NCBI GenBank assembly: GCA_963816025.1
Contig: CAWFJA010000015.1
Span: 17,254 to 81,253, forward strand
Direction of reading: 5' to 3'
DNA length: 64,000 nucleotides
DNA from: Terriglobia bacterium
GTDB lineage: Bacteria > Acidobacteriota > Terriglobia > Terriglobales > Acidobacteriaceae
The translations under genes were made by a program, and so were the position numbers. The notes below the pieces were generated by a model, which did no database searches, was not told the DNA's origin, and worked only from the letters and a program-made list of their open reading frames with translations. This document shows positions 30,233 through 40,229 of the stretch, in pieces. Each line of letters starts with the position of its first letter. The first letter of the stretch is position 1.

Positions 30233-31321
30233 CTAGGTTCTGGGAGTGATCTCGGACCCAAACGAATACTCATTCAGCGGCCCGAACCGTTTCTTCTCGG
30301 CGTAAAGGCGCCAGCGCCGCCACACGATGCGCAGGCTGGCCATGATGGGGATGGAAAGGTAGATGCCCAGCACGCCCGCGATCTCGCCACCGGCCAGCAC
30401 ACCGAAGATGGCCGCCAGCGGGTGCAGTTCCATGCTTTTTCCCATGATGCGGGGTGAAATCACATAGTCCTGCACCAGGCGCCAGGCGGCCAGAAACATC
30501 AGCAGAACGACCCAGTGCGGATAGCTCATCAGCAGCGCGACGCCGAAAATAACGGCGGCGGCCACCAGGGGTCCGACCACCGGGATGAATTCCAGAAGTC
30601 CACCGGCCGTGCCCAGCACCAGAGAGTAGGGAACACGCGTCAGTCCCAGGAACGTGATGTAGACAACGAAGGAAAATGCCGCCAGGGTCAATTGCGCGCG
30701 GATGAACTGGGCCAGCATCTGATTCAGATCGCCCAGCACGCCCTCGAGGAATTCGCGCTGCGGTCGGGAATGCACGAACGAAAGCAGGACCTCGCCGAAA
30801 GCGCGTCCATCCTTGAGAAAGAATGCCGCCAGAATAGGTACCACGATGATTAGCCAGGCCTGCTGCGCAACGTCGGCCACGCGCACCCCAATTCTTTGCG
30901 CCAGCCCCAGGAGTTCATTGCGGTGGTTGGCCAGAAGCGTCGATAGCTGCACCCGGGTAGTTACACTCCATCCCTGTTCTTTTCCAATCTGTTCGGCAAT
31001 CTGTCCGGAACTTACGGTTTCCAGAAGCTTGGGCAGAGATTCGCTCAAACGCTGCGCCTGGCGGCCGATCTGCGGCCCCACAAAAAAGAAGAAGGTGACC
31101 AGCAGCGCGACCAGCAGCACATAAATGACTCCGATGGCCCGTCCCCGCCCCCGCACCCATTTGTCGACGCGGGAGACCGCGGGGTCCACCAGATAGGCGA
31201 AGAATACCGCGAACAGGAATGCGATCAGAGTGCGGCGGGCGATGTACAGAAATCCGAGAGCCAGTGCAAACAGCAGCACCGTGAACAGCACCCGCGATGT
31301 ACGCGCGTCAATCAGGGACAT
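30233..31321 (-). CDS. AI-2E family transporter (PerM/UPF0118)
   Basis: 362 aa polytopic membrane protein with a family-typical C-terminal half (LLEFIPVVGP...GVLGIYLSIP). Confidence 0.8.
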   Translation of the reverse strand: MSLIDARTSRVLFTVLLFALALGFLYIARRTLIAFLFAVFFAYLVDPAVSRVDKWVRGRGRAIGVIYVLLVALLVTFFFFVGPQIGRQAQRLSESLPKLLETVSSGQIAEQIGKEQGWSVTTRVQLSTLLANHRNELLGLAQRIGVRVADVAQQAWLIIVVPILAAFFLKDGRAFGEVLLSFVHSRPQREFLEGVLGDLNQMLAQFIRAQLTLAAFSFVVYITFLGLTRVPYSLVLGTAGGLLEFIPVVGPLVAAAVIFGVALLMSYPHWVVLLMFLAAWRLVQDYVISPRIMGKSMELHPLAAIFGVLAGGEIAGVLGIYLSIPIMASLRIVWRRWRLYAEKKRFGPLNEYSFGSEITPRT

Positions 31322-31336
31322 GGAAACCTTACCCTA

Positions 31337-32104
31337 CTAATCCCGCACTACTTCCGTGTTATCGGCCGCCACCAGAATCCGCACCAGCTTGAATTGATCG
31401 TCGAGCCACAGCGACCAGTCTCCGGCATCGCTTTTCAGCACAAAATGATTGAGCTCCCGTTCCACGCCGCGCACCGGGATCTTCTCTTTTCCGGTAAACG
31501 CCAGGCTCACCAGCAGGGAAGAACGCTGATGCGGATTGATGACGCCGAACTTTACCTGCTGGTTCTGCGGGCACGCCACTACTCCTTTGTCCTGATGACA
31601 GCCGCTGGCCAGATATTTCCACACCAGAATCTCCCGGTGAACAAAGAAGTAGTCATCCAGAACGCTGGTCGAAATCGGAAGCAGGAAGGGATGCTCCTCC
31701 TCTTTGTCCTGCGGAGTATTGGTGGAGCGCTCGACCAGAAGGCTATCGTTGGGCAAAAGCACGGCCTGCGCCTTGCCGGGGCTGACTTCTTTCCACTGGT
31801 ATTTTTTCAGATCGCCGTTGGGCGCAAGTTGCAACTCCGAAGACTGCGCGGCGGGATCAATGCCCGGCTCGGTCTTGAATTCGGAGGTGGCAATGCTGCC
31901 TGCGGAGTTCTGCTGAATGGAGAATTTTTCGGTAGCCACCCTGCGTCCATTCATGAAAACGCCAAAGGAGCCGGCGTCCACGATCTGGCCCGCGGATTCC
32001 TTGTCCTTCTCTTTATCCTTGGCTGGCTCCGCCATGGCCGCCGAGGCCAGCAAAAGCCAAGCGATTCCGATCACTAGAGCCGTTCTGACCTTCACGTTTC
32101 GCAC
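31337..32104 (-). CDS. secreted hypothetical protein
   Basis: 255 aa with a signal peptide (..ASAAMAEP). No domain recognised. Confidence 0.6.
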   Translation of the reverse strand: MRNVKVRTALVIGIAWLLLASAAMAEPAKDKEKDKESAGQIVDAGSFGVFMNGRRVATEKFSIQQNSAGSIATSEFKTEPGIDPAAQSSELQLAPNGDLKKYQWKEVSPGKAQAVLLPNDSLLVERSTNTPQDKEEEHPFLLPISTSVLDDYFFVHREILVWKYLASGCHQDKGVVACPQNQQVKFGVINPHQRSSLLVSLAFTGKEKIPVRGVERELNHFVLKSDAGDWSLWLDDQFKLVRILVAADNTEVVRD

Positions 32105-32160
32105 TCCTTAAAGAATTGCTGTCCGAGATTCCACCGACTTCGACCGAAAAGTTGCGCGAT

Positions 32161-32724
32161 TTATCGAAGGCCCAGGCGGGTGATCGCTTCCACCGCCACC
32201 TCTTCCACGTCTTTACCGGTAGTTTCGATGCGCAACCCGGCCTTCACGTAGCACACCCGCCGGTCTTCGTAGCGCCGGTGAAACTCCTGCGCATCGCCGC
32301 GCAAGGGGCGCTCCAACGTCTGCTGCTGGCAGCGGCGGAACAACTCTTCCGCGGGAGCGTCCAGAAAGATGGTGGACAAGCCAGCCGCTTCGAGCAAGGC
32401 GACATTGTTCGCCTGGGCGAAAGCGCCGCCTCCCAAAGCCACGATCTTGGGGGAAGGGCCCAGTTCGCCTACCAGGGAACGCAGGGCCTCGTGCTCCATC
32501 CGGCGAAACTCAGCCTCGCCCGACTGCCCAAAAATTTGCTCGATGGACCGTTGCGCCCGAGCCTGAATGCGCTCGTCCAGATCTTCGAAAGGCCAGCCCA
32601 GATGGCGGCTCAAAGCCGCGCCCACGCTGCTCTTGCCGGCGCCCATGAAGCCCACCAGAACCACCGCCCGCACCCCGGAGACAGATTTCGTGCTGTCAGA
32701 CGGCCCCCCGGGTCGAGTGCTCAT
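32161..32724 (-). CDS. aroK: shikimate kinase
   Basis: ATG 32724. Walker A is GFMGAGKSSVG. SKI family length. Confidence 0.85.
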   Translation of the reverse strand: MSTRPGGPSDSTKSVSGVRAVVLVGFMGAGKSSVGAALSRHLGWPFEDLDERIQARAQRSIEQIFGQSGEAEFRRMEHEALRSLVGELGPSPKIVALGGGAFAQANNVALLEAAGLSTIFLDAPAEELFRRCQQQTLERPLRGDAQEFHRRYEDRRVCYVKAGLRIETTGKDVEEVAVEAITRLGLR

Positions 32725-32798
32725 GGAATGGCGGCAATCTGCGGAGCCCTGCCGGCCCCGCCAGCCTCTCACGGTCGCTTGGTTTTAGCGCGTCTTGT

Positions 32799-33644
32799 TT
32801 AGCGCTTCTTGAGGTGGATTTTACCACTGAAGGAAAACAACCGGACCGAAGATGCGGCCTTGTTCATCGTACCTGCGAAGGCACTCCCTGCCCGAACCAC
32901 GAAAGGAGTGTGTTTGGGTTCCAGAAGAAAATCATTCTCCACTTTACCCCTCACCGAGCGCGCGGTCACGTCGATCGAGGCGTCGTTGGGTGCGCTGGCC
33001 TCGATGTCTCCGCTGTGACTGGTCAGCATGTACTCGCCGCTGTTGCCGAAGTCGCCTTCATAGTGGATCTTGCCGCTGGTTGAGTTTACCTGCACCAGGG
33101 GGCCGTTCACCGCGTTCAACACCACGTCGCCGCCGACCGAGGTGACTTCCACATGTCCATTGCGGATGTTGGTCAAAGCGACGGAACCGTTCAGGGTCCG
33201 CACGTGCACATGGGCGTCGCTGATGTCGCGCACTTCCACATTCGCCTGGCTGCTTTCGAGAGTGACATCCCCGTGCAAGCCCTCGGCATGCAGCAAGCCA
33301 GTGGAGGATCGCAGGCTGACGCTGGCGTCAACCGGGACGGAGACTTCGTAATCCACGCGTCCCGCCTCGGCATTGGCGGCCGAAAGAAGGTGGCTGAGAA
33401 TGTCGATGCGGTTTCCGCTCTGCGTCTGGTCAACCTCCACCTGCTCGGAATGCAGGATGGCAACTACGATGACCTGGCTCCCCGCGCCGGGCTTCACCGA
33501 AATCGGTCCATACTGATTGGTGATCGAGATGACCGAGCCGGGCCCTACGGTAAAGCGGAATTCCTTCCGGACTTCGGCGGAGGCGCAAATCGCCGTTGCC
33601 AGAAGCACGACCGAAACCAGTTGCGCGTGCTGCGTTCTCGCCAT
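32799..33644 (-). CDS. DUF4097-like beta-strand repeat protein (putative adhesin)
   Basis: Signal peptide, then repeated (G)DV.L....G.V.V motifs. Sits downstream of the anti-sigma/ECF pair. Confidence 0.7.
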   Translation of the reverse strand: MARTQHAQLVSVVLLATAICASAEVRKEFRFTVGPGSVISITNQYGPISVKPGAGSQVIVVAILHSEQVEVDQTQSGNRIDILSHLLSAANAEAGRVDYEVSVPVDASVSLRSSTGLLHAEGLHGDVTLESSQANVEVRDISDAHVHVRTLNGSVALTNIRNGHVEVTSVGGDVVLNAVNGPLVQVNSTSGKIHYEGDFGNSGEYMLTSHSGDIEASAPNDASIDVTARSVRGKVENDFLLEPKHTPFVVRAGSAFAGTMNKAASSVRLFSFSGKIHLKKR

Positions 33645-33738
33645 ACTTTCCCCTCTCATAGTGTCGTAGAGACGACCCACTGTAACTATGAGCTTTCATG
33701 CGGTGCTAACCGCTGCATCCTGCGCCGGGTCTTGCCGG

Positions 33739-34386
33739 CTAGGGCAGGGAGCGGTCCAACGCCATCTCGTAGACGGTGGCGCGCTGCTCGTAAGCGTCCA
33801 TCACGATTTGCTGCGCTTCCTCATCGTTAGGATCAGCCTGAGCGGACTCCTCGGCATCCTTGATGTAGGCATTCACATTCTGCAGGTTGGATGCATATTG
33901 CGCCTTCATGGCTGGGGACCGCGAAGCCACAGCCTCCAGCAACTGATCGTCCTCGTCATTTACGCTGGGTTTTTGCATCGTCTGCGGAGTGATGACTGCC
34001 ACGGGAAGTGTGGAGTCTACATGAGCTGAGAGCTTAGGGTCCGGCCCTCTCTGGTAGAACACAATCCCAAACCCGACCAGGATAAGCGCCGCCACAGGAG
34101 CCAGCCACGCCAGGCTCCATGGCCGCGGCCTCGACGGCACCAGCAACGGTCCCACGTGGGGATCGCGAATGATGCCTTCCTGCCGCAGCGTAATTTCGAT
34201 TGAGTTCCATACCCGCGAGCTGGGTTCGGCCGCCTCTTGCAACTGCCGCGCCTCGCGAGCGATCAGATCAAGGTCCGCCACCAGACCCGAACACATGGGG
34301 CAGGATTTCAAATGCGATTCCTGCTCTGCAGTCCTGCCGCCCTCAAGCACGTCCGGTAGAATTTCCTGAAACTCTGCGCAATTCAT
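33739..34386 (-). CDS. anti-sigma factor (zf-HC2 type) with TM segment
   Basis: MNCAEFQEILPDVLEG...HLKSCPMCSGL (H-x3-C-x2-C) and a single TM. Adjacent to the ECF sigma gene. Confidence 0.8.
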   Translation of the reverse strand: MNCAEFQEILPDVLEGGRTAEQESHLKSCPMCSGLVADLDLIAREARQLQEAAEPSSRVWNSIEITLRQEGIIRDPHVGPLLVPSRPRPWSLAWLAPVAALILVGFGIVFYQRGPDPKLSAHVDSTLPVAVITPQTMQKPSVNDEDDQLLEAVASRSPAMKAQYASNLQNVNAYIKDAEESAQADPNDEEAQQIVMDAYEQRATVYEMALDRSLP

Positions 34387-34424
34387 ACTTCATCTCCCCC
34401 AAGTTAACGGCTTCTAATCGCTCC

Positions 34425-35027
34425 TTACGGCTTGGCGGCCTTTTCGGCTCTGCTCGTCTTGAGCGACTCGCGCAATTTCATGCGCGCTTTGTGCAGCTGA
34501 GATTTGCTATTGCCGATGGAACATCCCACCATGGTAGCAATCTCGTTGTGCTCGTATCCTTCCACGTCGTGCAGCACGAAAATCCTTCTGTATCCCGGCG
34601 GCAGCGCGTCCACTGCGCGTTGCAGCCGCAATCGGTCGATCGAGCCTGACAAGATTGGGTCGGGCGCGCCCAATTCTTTCTTCGGGGCCTCTTCCTCGCT
34701 TTCCAGCGTCTCTTCCAGCGGAACCACGGGAAGACTCTTCTTGCGCAACTGCATCAGGACAACGTTTACCGCCATCCGGTGCAGCCACGTGGAAAAAGCC
34801 GATTCACCTCGAAAGGTGGCAATCTTGCGAAATAACTGCAGAAAAGCTTCCTGCGTGAGGTCTTCAGCTTCGGCCGTATTGGCCGTCATGCGGAGACACA
34901 GCGAATAAACGCGCCGTTTGTGCAGTCCGTACAAAAGCTGAAAAGCTTCTGCGTCGCCTTGCTTGGCTCGTTCGATCGCCTCAGCTTCGGAAACCTTGTC
35001 GCCCTGTAGTTTTCTCGCGTCCGTCAA
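34425..35027 (-). CDS. ECF-type RNA polymerase sigma-70 factor
   Basis: Region 2 ([11 protein letters not shown]) and region 4 ([20 protein letters not shown]). Confidence 0.9.
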   Translation of the reverse strand: MTDARKLQGDKVSEAEAIERAKQGDAEAFQLLYGLHKRRVYSLCLRMTANTAEAEDLTQEAFLQLFRKIATFRGESAFSTWLHRMAVNVVLMQLRKKSLPVVPLEETLESEEEAPKKELGAPDPILSGSIDRLRLQRAVDALPPGYRRIFVLHDVEGYEHNEIATMVGCSIGNSKSQLHKARMKLRESLKTSRAEKAAKP

Positions 35028-35213
35028 GTCGCCTTTTCCGGCCGCACTAAATCAGATGCGGCGTAACTATCTTTTCGTTGTACTGCTTGCGGGCTTGCAA
35101 TTGAACCAAACCCGATTCCAGGCGAAACCGTGGTGCCGAACCGACGCCGGGTGTTCCACAGTGACCTTCGTAACTATCAGCAGCCTATCGGGGTCAGGTA
35201 AACCGCGTCAACT

Positions 35214-35259
35214 ATGGTTCTTTGTAGCATGGTTCCCTGTAGCTATGATTCTTGGTAGT
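35214..35259 (+). repeat. three tandem 15-nt direct repeats (ATGGTTCYYTGTAGC)
   Basis: ATGGTTCTTTGTAGC / ATGGTTCCCTGTAGC / (T)ATGATTCTTGGTAG. Located in the divergent intergenic region between the ECF sigma gene and 35449. Confidence 0.7.
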
Positions 35260-35448
35260 TTTTTCCTCTTTTCGTTTGAGAATTGAGCCCCTCGGTTTCG
35301 GGGGATGTTACAAGACAGGGTTTCCCGTATGCCACCCTGATTACGAGAGGCTTTGCACCGGGGTGACATTTCTCCCTGGGGCAGGCTAAGGCAGAATCGG
35401 TTGAGCGCCAACCAGCGGTCCAGTCAGCCTGGCGCCGGGAGTAAGTAG

Positions 35449-35874
35449 ATGAAAACCAAGATTCTGATGATTGCGCTCGTGTTAGCATCCTTTGCCCAAG
35501 CCAAGGAGCCCAAGGTCCATCAATCTGGCACTCTGCTGCAGATGGACTCGGCGGAGTGCGGTGTGGATGAAAACAGCGGCAAAAGTTTTGTCGGCGAAAT
35601 GGTCGGCACCGATTCCGCGCACAAGAAAACCCACGCCTTGCTCTGCCAGGAATACCTCCTGCAGAGCGATACGGTGATTTATCGTATCCGCCCGGTTGAC
35701 GAAAAGCATCCTGTTCTCTTGCCGGTGGGTCAGACCGCCCAGTTCCGCATTCACAAGGACAAGATGCTGCTGCAAGTGGAAGATGCCGACACCAAGGAAC
35801 GCGAATATAGCGTGGTATCAATGACACCGCGAGGCTCGCGTAAGTCTTCCGACAGCGATAGTTCTTCCAAGTAA
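35449..35874 (+). CDS. secreted hypothetical protein (141 aa)
   Basis: Signal peptide MKTKILMIALVLASFAQA. No domain recognised. Confidence 0.6.
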   Translation: MKTKILMIALVLASFAQAKEPKVHQSGTLLQMDSAECGVDENSGKSFVGEMVGTDSAHKKTHALLCQEYLLQSDTVIYRIRPVDEKHPVLLPVGQTAQFRIHKDKMLLQVEDADTKEREYSVVSMTPRGSRKSSDSDSSSK

Positions 35875-36126
35875 GCGCTCGCTCGACCACGGCCGGGCGC
35901 GAATCGGTCCAAGATCCGCGCCTGTCTGGCCGGTTCCTTCCTCGTAAGCACCGCTTTACCGGGCAATAGCCAAACCTGATTCCGTGCCAACCCAACCGCA
36001 GGTCGGCCGCATCCTAACCAACTGCTTACCCGCCTGCACCGCTCCTGCAGCATTTCTTTCCCTGCCGATCGACTCCAGGGGAAGAGTGTGTGTAAGCAAG
36101 ACCGAACCCAGGAGGACACACAACGG

Positions 36127-36714
36127 ATGAAACGCTTTATTTTTCTGCTCATATTAAGTTGTGGTTGGGCTTTGCCGTCGGCGCTGATGGCGCAAAGCTC
36201 CGATCATGTCGAAGTGGGCGCCTTCGCGGACTACTTGAATCTTAGCGCTACCAACCCGCACATCAACTTCGTCGGCGTAGGGGGACGCGCAGCGTTCAAT
36301 CTACGTCCCACGGTGCAACTCGAAGCCGAAATGTCATACGACTTCAAGCGCAACTTTACCAGTGTCTTCTCGAACGGTATCAACACGCAGTTTGTAAACA
36401 CGAACCTGCGCCCACTGACCGCGCTGTTTGGACCGAAATTCCAGACCAGTTCGGGACCATTTCGGGCCTACGTGACCGGCAAACTCGGTTTCGTGAACTT
36501 CAGCGTTTCCGACCAGAATGCGCCCGCCGGCTTCGTGGGAGCCCTGGGCGGGATTCAGACCGGGGACACCCGTTTCGCCATGTATCCCGGCGCCGGCGTG
36601 GAAGGATTCTGGGGTCCGATTGGCTTGCGCCTGGAGGCCGGCGACGAAATTTATTTCGACAACGGCACCCGTAATAACCTGAAAGTAACCTTCGGTCCCA
36701 CCTTCCGCTTCTAA
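36127..36714 (+). CDS. outer-membrane beta-barrel protein
   Basis: ATG 36127, signal peptide ..ALMAQ and C-terminal ..TFGPTFRF. Same family look as 10908..11420. Confidence 0.75.
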   Translation: MKRFIFLLILSCGWALPSALMAQSSDHVEVGAFADYLNLSATNPHINFVGVGGRAAFNLRPTVQLEAEMSYDFKRNFTSVFSNGINTQFVNTNLRPLTALFGPKFQTSSGPFRAYVTGKLGFVNFSVSDQNAPAGFVGALGGIQTGDTRFAMYPGAGVEGFWGPIGLRLEAGDEIYFDNGTRNNLKVTFGPTFRF

Positions 36715-36782
36715 GATCGGGGGTTCGACCGATAACCTCAGCCTTCCCCAGGCTGCCGTTTTTCTGTGGTTCGTGGGTTGCA

Positions 36783-37760
36783 TCATGGAATGAATGGGGC
36801 CTCGGCGCCGCCGATGTATTTATCGGCGGCGCCGTAATAGAAGAGGTAACGGCCGCGCTGCCTGACCATCCCCTCGAAAAAGATCACATTCGGAACCTGA
36901 CCCACCTTCTCCCAATCTCTTTCCGGGCGGAAGACTGGCTGCTCCGATCGCCAAATCAGCTTACGCGGATCGCTCCGGTCAAATACGGCGATGGCAGTGC
37001 GATAGACCAAATTGTCGTCGGCCGCGTTGTAAATCAGCACGATTCCATCTTTGGTCACGATTGGCGGCGGGCCGGGTTCGACGACTCGGGAATCGAAGCG
37101 ACCGGCACGGCGCGGCAGTACGGGAACGCTTGTGGCCTCCGTCCAGTGAATGAGGTCCGTGGAATAAGCCAGCCCCATCTGATCGGTCTTGTCGGCGCTG
37201 GCGCCCAGGAAATACATCCAGTATTTGCCATTGATCTTTTCCGGCACGATGGCTCCGGACTTTGTCCAGCCGGTATTCCAGTTGCCTTTGTAGGCCGGCA
37301 GAATCACGCCCCGGCGCTGCCAGTGGACCAAATCGCTGGAAGTAGCCAGACACAACTGAGCATCCGTCTTGTTGTAGCCGGTGTAAGTCAGATAGTAAGT
37401 GCCGCCGAATTTCACCAGCCGGGGATCTTCCACGCCGCCATCCTTTTCATAGTCAGTCTGCGGAGAGAGCACAGGCTGGGAGCGGCGAGCGAAGTGGAGA
37501 CCATCGGTGCTCTCCGCGTAGCCCAGGCGGGACGTGCCATTCTTATCCTGGGCGCGGTAAAGCATGACGAACTTTCCGCGGTGACGGATGACCGCAGGGT
37601 TAAAGGTTCCGGCTGATTCCCATCCGTCGCCTCGCGGAGAAATGATGGGATCGTTTGACGCTCGAGACCAGGGTCCAAGCGTCCAGTTCTGCGCCGACAA
37701 AAGCAGTCCCGAGGCCAACAGGACAACCAGGCTGAGCGGACGGATCCAGGCGCGTTTCAT
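36783..37760 (-). CDS. glycoside hydrolase family 130 (DUF377) protein, secreted
   Basis: 325 aa with a signal peptide. GH130-like blocks are GTFNPAVI, EDPRLVKFGGTYYLTYTGY and YYGAADK. Confidence 0.8.
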   Translation of the reverse strand: MKRAWIRPLSLVVLLASGLLLSAQNWTLGPWSRASNDPIISPRGDGWESAGTFNPAVIRHRGKFVMLYRAQDKNGTSRLGYAESTDGLHFARRSQPVLSPQTDYEKDGGVEDPRLVKFGGTYYLTYTGYNKTDAQLCLATSSDLVHWQRRGVILPAYKGNWNTGWTKSGAIVPEKINGKYWMYFLGASADKTDQMGLAYSTDLIHWTEATSVPVLPRRAGRFDSRVVEPGPPPIVTKDGIVLIYNAADDNLVYRTAIAVFDRSDPRKLIWRSEQPVFRPERDWEKVGQVPNVIFFEGMVRQRGRYLFYYGAADKYIGGAEAPFIP

Positions 37761-37835
37761 GTTTACGACCTTACAAGAGTGGATGCGCGAAACAGGCTCG
37801 CCTTGGCGAAGCCGAACTAGGGTATCCTAGTAAGT

Positions 37836-38030
37836 ATGTATACCGCCGATGTTCTGAGAAACGTTGTGGCCCTGCGTAGTGAGATCGCCAACCTTCGTGA
37901 CCTGAATGACCGCTACGCCAGCCAGGAGGACCCCGCGCCCCTGGCCTCCCGCGCCAATGAAGAGCGGCGGACCCGCCTTCAGGAAATCGTCCGCGAACTG
38001 GCGGCCATCGCCAAAGACCAGCGGCCCTAA
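37836..38030 (+). CDS. small hypothetical protein (64 aa)
   Basis: ATG ORF with GC3-rich codons. No SD and no recognised domain. Confidence 0.35.
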   Translation: MYTADVLRNVVALRSEIANLRDLNDRYASQEDPAPLASRANEERRTRLQEIVRELAAIAKDQRP

Positions 38031-38117
38031 AAGTTCAGCCCAAACCCCGGGCAGCCGTTCCCTTCCCAGAAGGCTTCCAGCGAGGACGTCATCCTGAGGG
38101 ACTTCGGTAGTGGTGCA

Positions 38118-38245
38118 GTTTGCGCAAAAACGATCCCACCTTGTCATTCCGCAGCCGGGTTTATCGGCGAGGAATCTGCTTGCTGCCAGCAGCGAAACAG
38201 CAGATTCCTCGCGCGACAATTCCGCGCTTCGGGATGACAATCCTT
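38118..38245 (+). repeat. MITE-like element, family B (..CTTGTCATTCC..GGCGAGGAATCTGCTTGCTGCCAG..GATGACAATCC), copy B1
   Basis: Aligns along its whole length with 47791-47929. Confidence 0.8.
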
Positions 38246-38274
38246 GATTGAGGTTTTCAAACTGCACCACCACC

Positions 38275-38368
38275 GGGACTTCAGTCCCGAAGGATCTCGC
38301 GCGCAGATTTACAGTCGCGTGCTGTGTAGCGCTTCACTCGGGATGCTTCGCAAGCTCAGCATGACGCC
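38275..38368 (+). repeat. MITE-like element, family C (GGGACT..AGTCCCGAAGGATCTCGCGCG ... GCTCAG[G/C]ATGACGCC), copy C1
   Basis: Aligns with 57307-57401. Lies 30 bp from B1. Confidence 0.75.
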
Positions 38369-38383
38369 ACGAAGAAGAGGATC

Positions 38384-40084
38384 TCAATGGAGCAGCCCTT
38401 CGATCTCATCCGTCTTGCCCAGGTATTCGTAGCGCAGCAGGGCGATCGGCACGTTGCCGTTCTTCCACACAAAGTCATGGAACTCGCGCAGGTTGAATTT
38501 GTCGCCCTGCGCCAGCCGGGCTTCCGCCAGTAATTTCACGATTTGCAATTTGCCCGTCTGATAAGAAATCCCCACGCCGGGAACTGACGCGTAAAAAGTA
38601 GCATCCTCCATCGCGGTCGCCCGGTCGAGTGGAACGGTCTTCATAAAGTAATCGGCCGCCTGCTCGATGGTGAACTCGCCCGTGGACAACTTCACCTCGA
38701 CCCCCACTCGCAGGGCGCGAAAGCGCATGAAGTTGTAAATGATTTCGCGGGTGCGCGGGCTATCTTCGAACAGGCCGGCCTGCAGCATCATTTCTTCGGC
38801 GTAGAAGCCGATGCCTTCGTTGGCGCTGGAATCGTAGTAGTGGCGGCGGATCGGGTCCTGGTTCGTCCACGACATCACCTTCTGGAAATAGTGTCCCGGC
38901 ATACCTTCATGCACGATGATCCCCCGCGGGTCCCGGGCCGTGGACAAATCGAAATATCCGCGATCTGGCGACGGCGTCTTGATGTAGCTGGTGGCGTCTT
39001 GGTTCAGCCGGGAGGGGCCGGTGAGATCGTCAGCCACCCCAAACGCCGCGAGCGGGGCCAGGTAAGCCGGAAAGGGAAGATTGCGATAGTGCTTGACCCA
39101 GGCGGGGACGGTGAGGATGTTCTTCTCCTTGAGGAAATCGCGAATCTCCTGTTCCTGGCGCTGCTCGCGCGCCATCTGTGCAGCCTGGTCTTTGGCCAGA
39201 GGCAGTTGCGGCAGTTTGGCATTGCGTTCTTTCTCGTAGGCTTCGAAGGCAACCGCACGTTCCCATTCCTGGCGGCCCATGCTCAGCAGTTGCTCCGGTG
39301 TGTACGGGATCAACGCCACATGCTTCAGGAAGAAGACGTAGTTATCGCGTCCGACGGCGACATTGCTGGACATCCCCGGCAGCCGCTGCTCCAGCCAGCC
39401 ACGATAGCCTTCCAAAGCCCGAATCGCATTCTGAACCGCGACATCAAGTGGGGCGGCGCTTCCAGTTGTAAGAACGGGTTTCAGCTCACGCGCCATTTCT
39501 TCCAGCCGGGGACGAATGTCATCCAGTTGATGGATGGATAACTGCGCCAGCGGTCCGGCCGGATCTTTGAGGTTGGCTTCTCCATCCCCAATGATCTGCG
39601 GGATCGCTTGAATGCGGCGAACGATCTCCGCACTGCGCGCCTCATCGAAGGGCGGCGGTGGCGTCAGACTGACAAACACTGAGGCCAAAGTCTGGTCCAG
39701 GTAAAACCAGGGATTGCGCTGCCAGCCGCGCACATAATCCAATTCCCAGCGTGCCCGGGCAATGGCGGAACCGACCAGCAGATAGTCGACGGTTTCGGCG
39801 CGGGAGCGGTCGCGAGCATCCGTGCCCAGGGACTTCCAGCGATTTTCGAAGACTGACAATTCATCGCGGCGTTTCGCGATGGTAGACGGGGACCAGTCTG
39901 CCGCCCACCCCGCCGGACGATCAAGCCGGGGAATATCGTCAAACGAGAACGGTTGTTCGGAAGCTCGCCATGCCCAAAAATCGGAAGAAAGCCGCTGCAA
40001 CGCGCTCGTTGCAGGGGTTGAGGGCGGCGTTAGCTGCCCCAGAACTGATGGAGCCCATAGCAGCAGGCCGAGCAGCGGAATCAT
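38384..40084 (-). CDS. DUF885 family protein (secreted, metallopeptidase-like)
   Basis: ATG 40084 gives the signal peptide MIPLLGLLLWAPSVLG. DUF885-like HEGMPGHYFQ motif. Confidence 0.8.
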   Translation of the reverse strand: MIPLLGLLLWAPSVLGQLTPPSTPATSALQRLSSDFWAWRASEQPFSFDDIPRLDRPAGWAADWSPSTIAKRRDELSVFENRWKSLGTDARDRSRAETVDYLLVGSAIARARWELDYVRGWQRNPWFYLDQTLASVFVSLTPPPPFDEARSAEIVRRIQAIPQIIGDGEANLKDPAGPLAQLSIHQLDDIRPRLEEMARELKPVLTTGSAAPLDVAVQNAIRALEGYRGWLEQRLPGMSSNVAVGRDNYVFFLKHVALIPYTPEQLLSMGRQEWERAVAFEAYEKERNAKLPQLPLAKDQAAQMAREQRQEQEIRDFLKEKNILTVPAWVKHYRNLPFPAYLAPLAAFGVADDLTGPSRLNQDATSYIKTPSPDRGYFDLSTARDPRGIIVHEGMPGHYFQKVMSWTNQDPIRRHYYDSSANEGIGFYAEEMMLQAGLFEDSPRTREIIYNFMRFRALRVGVEVKLSTGEFTIEQAADYFMKTVPLDRATAMEDATFYASVPGVGISYQTGKLQIVKLLAEARLAQGDKFNLREFHDFVWKNGNVPIALLRYEYLGKTDEIEGLLH

Positions 40085-40229
40085 GGTGATCGTAGATCGT
40101 CGATTCAATTCTCTCTCCCTTGTCATCCTGTCTCTAACGACGCTGTGTCCTGTCAAGCGTTTTGTGGCGACACTTCGCCGTGGACGCCAGGAGCAGCGCC
40201 ATTTCGCTCTCGTAGAAAGTTTTTGACTT

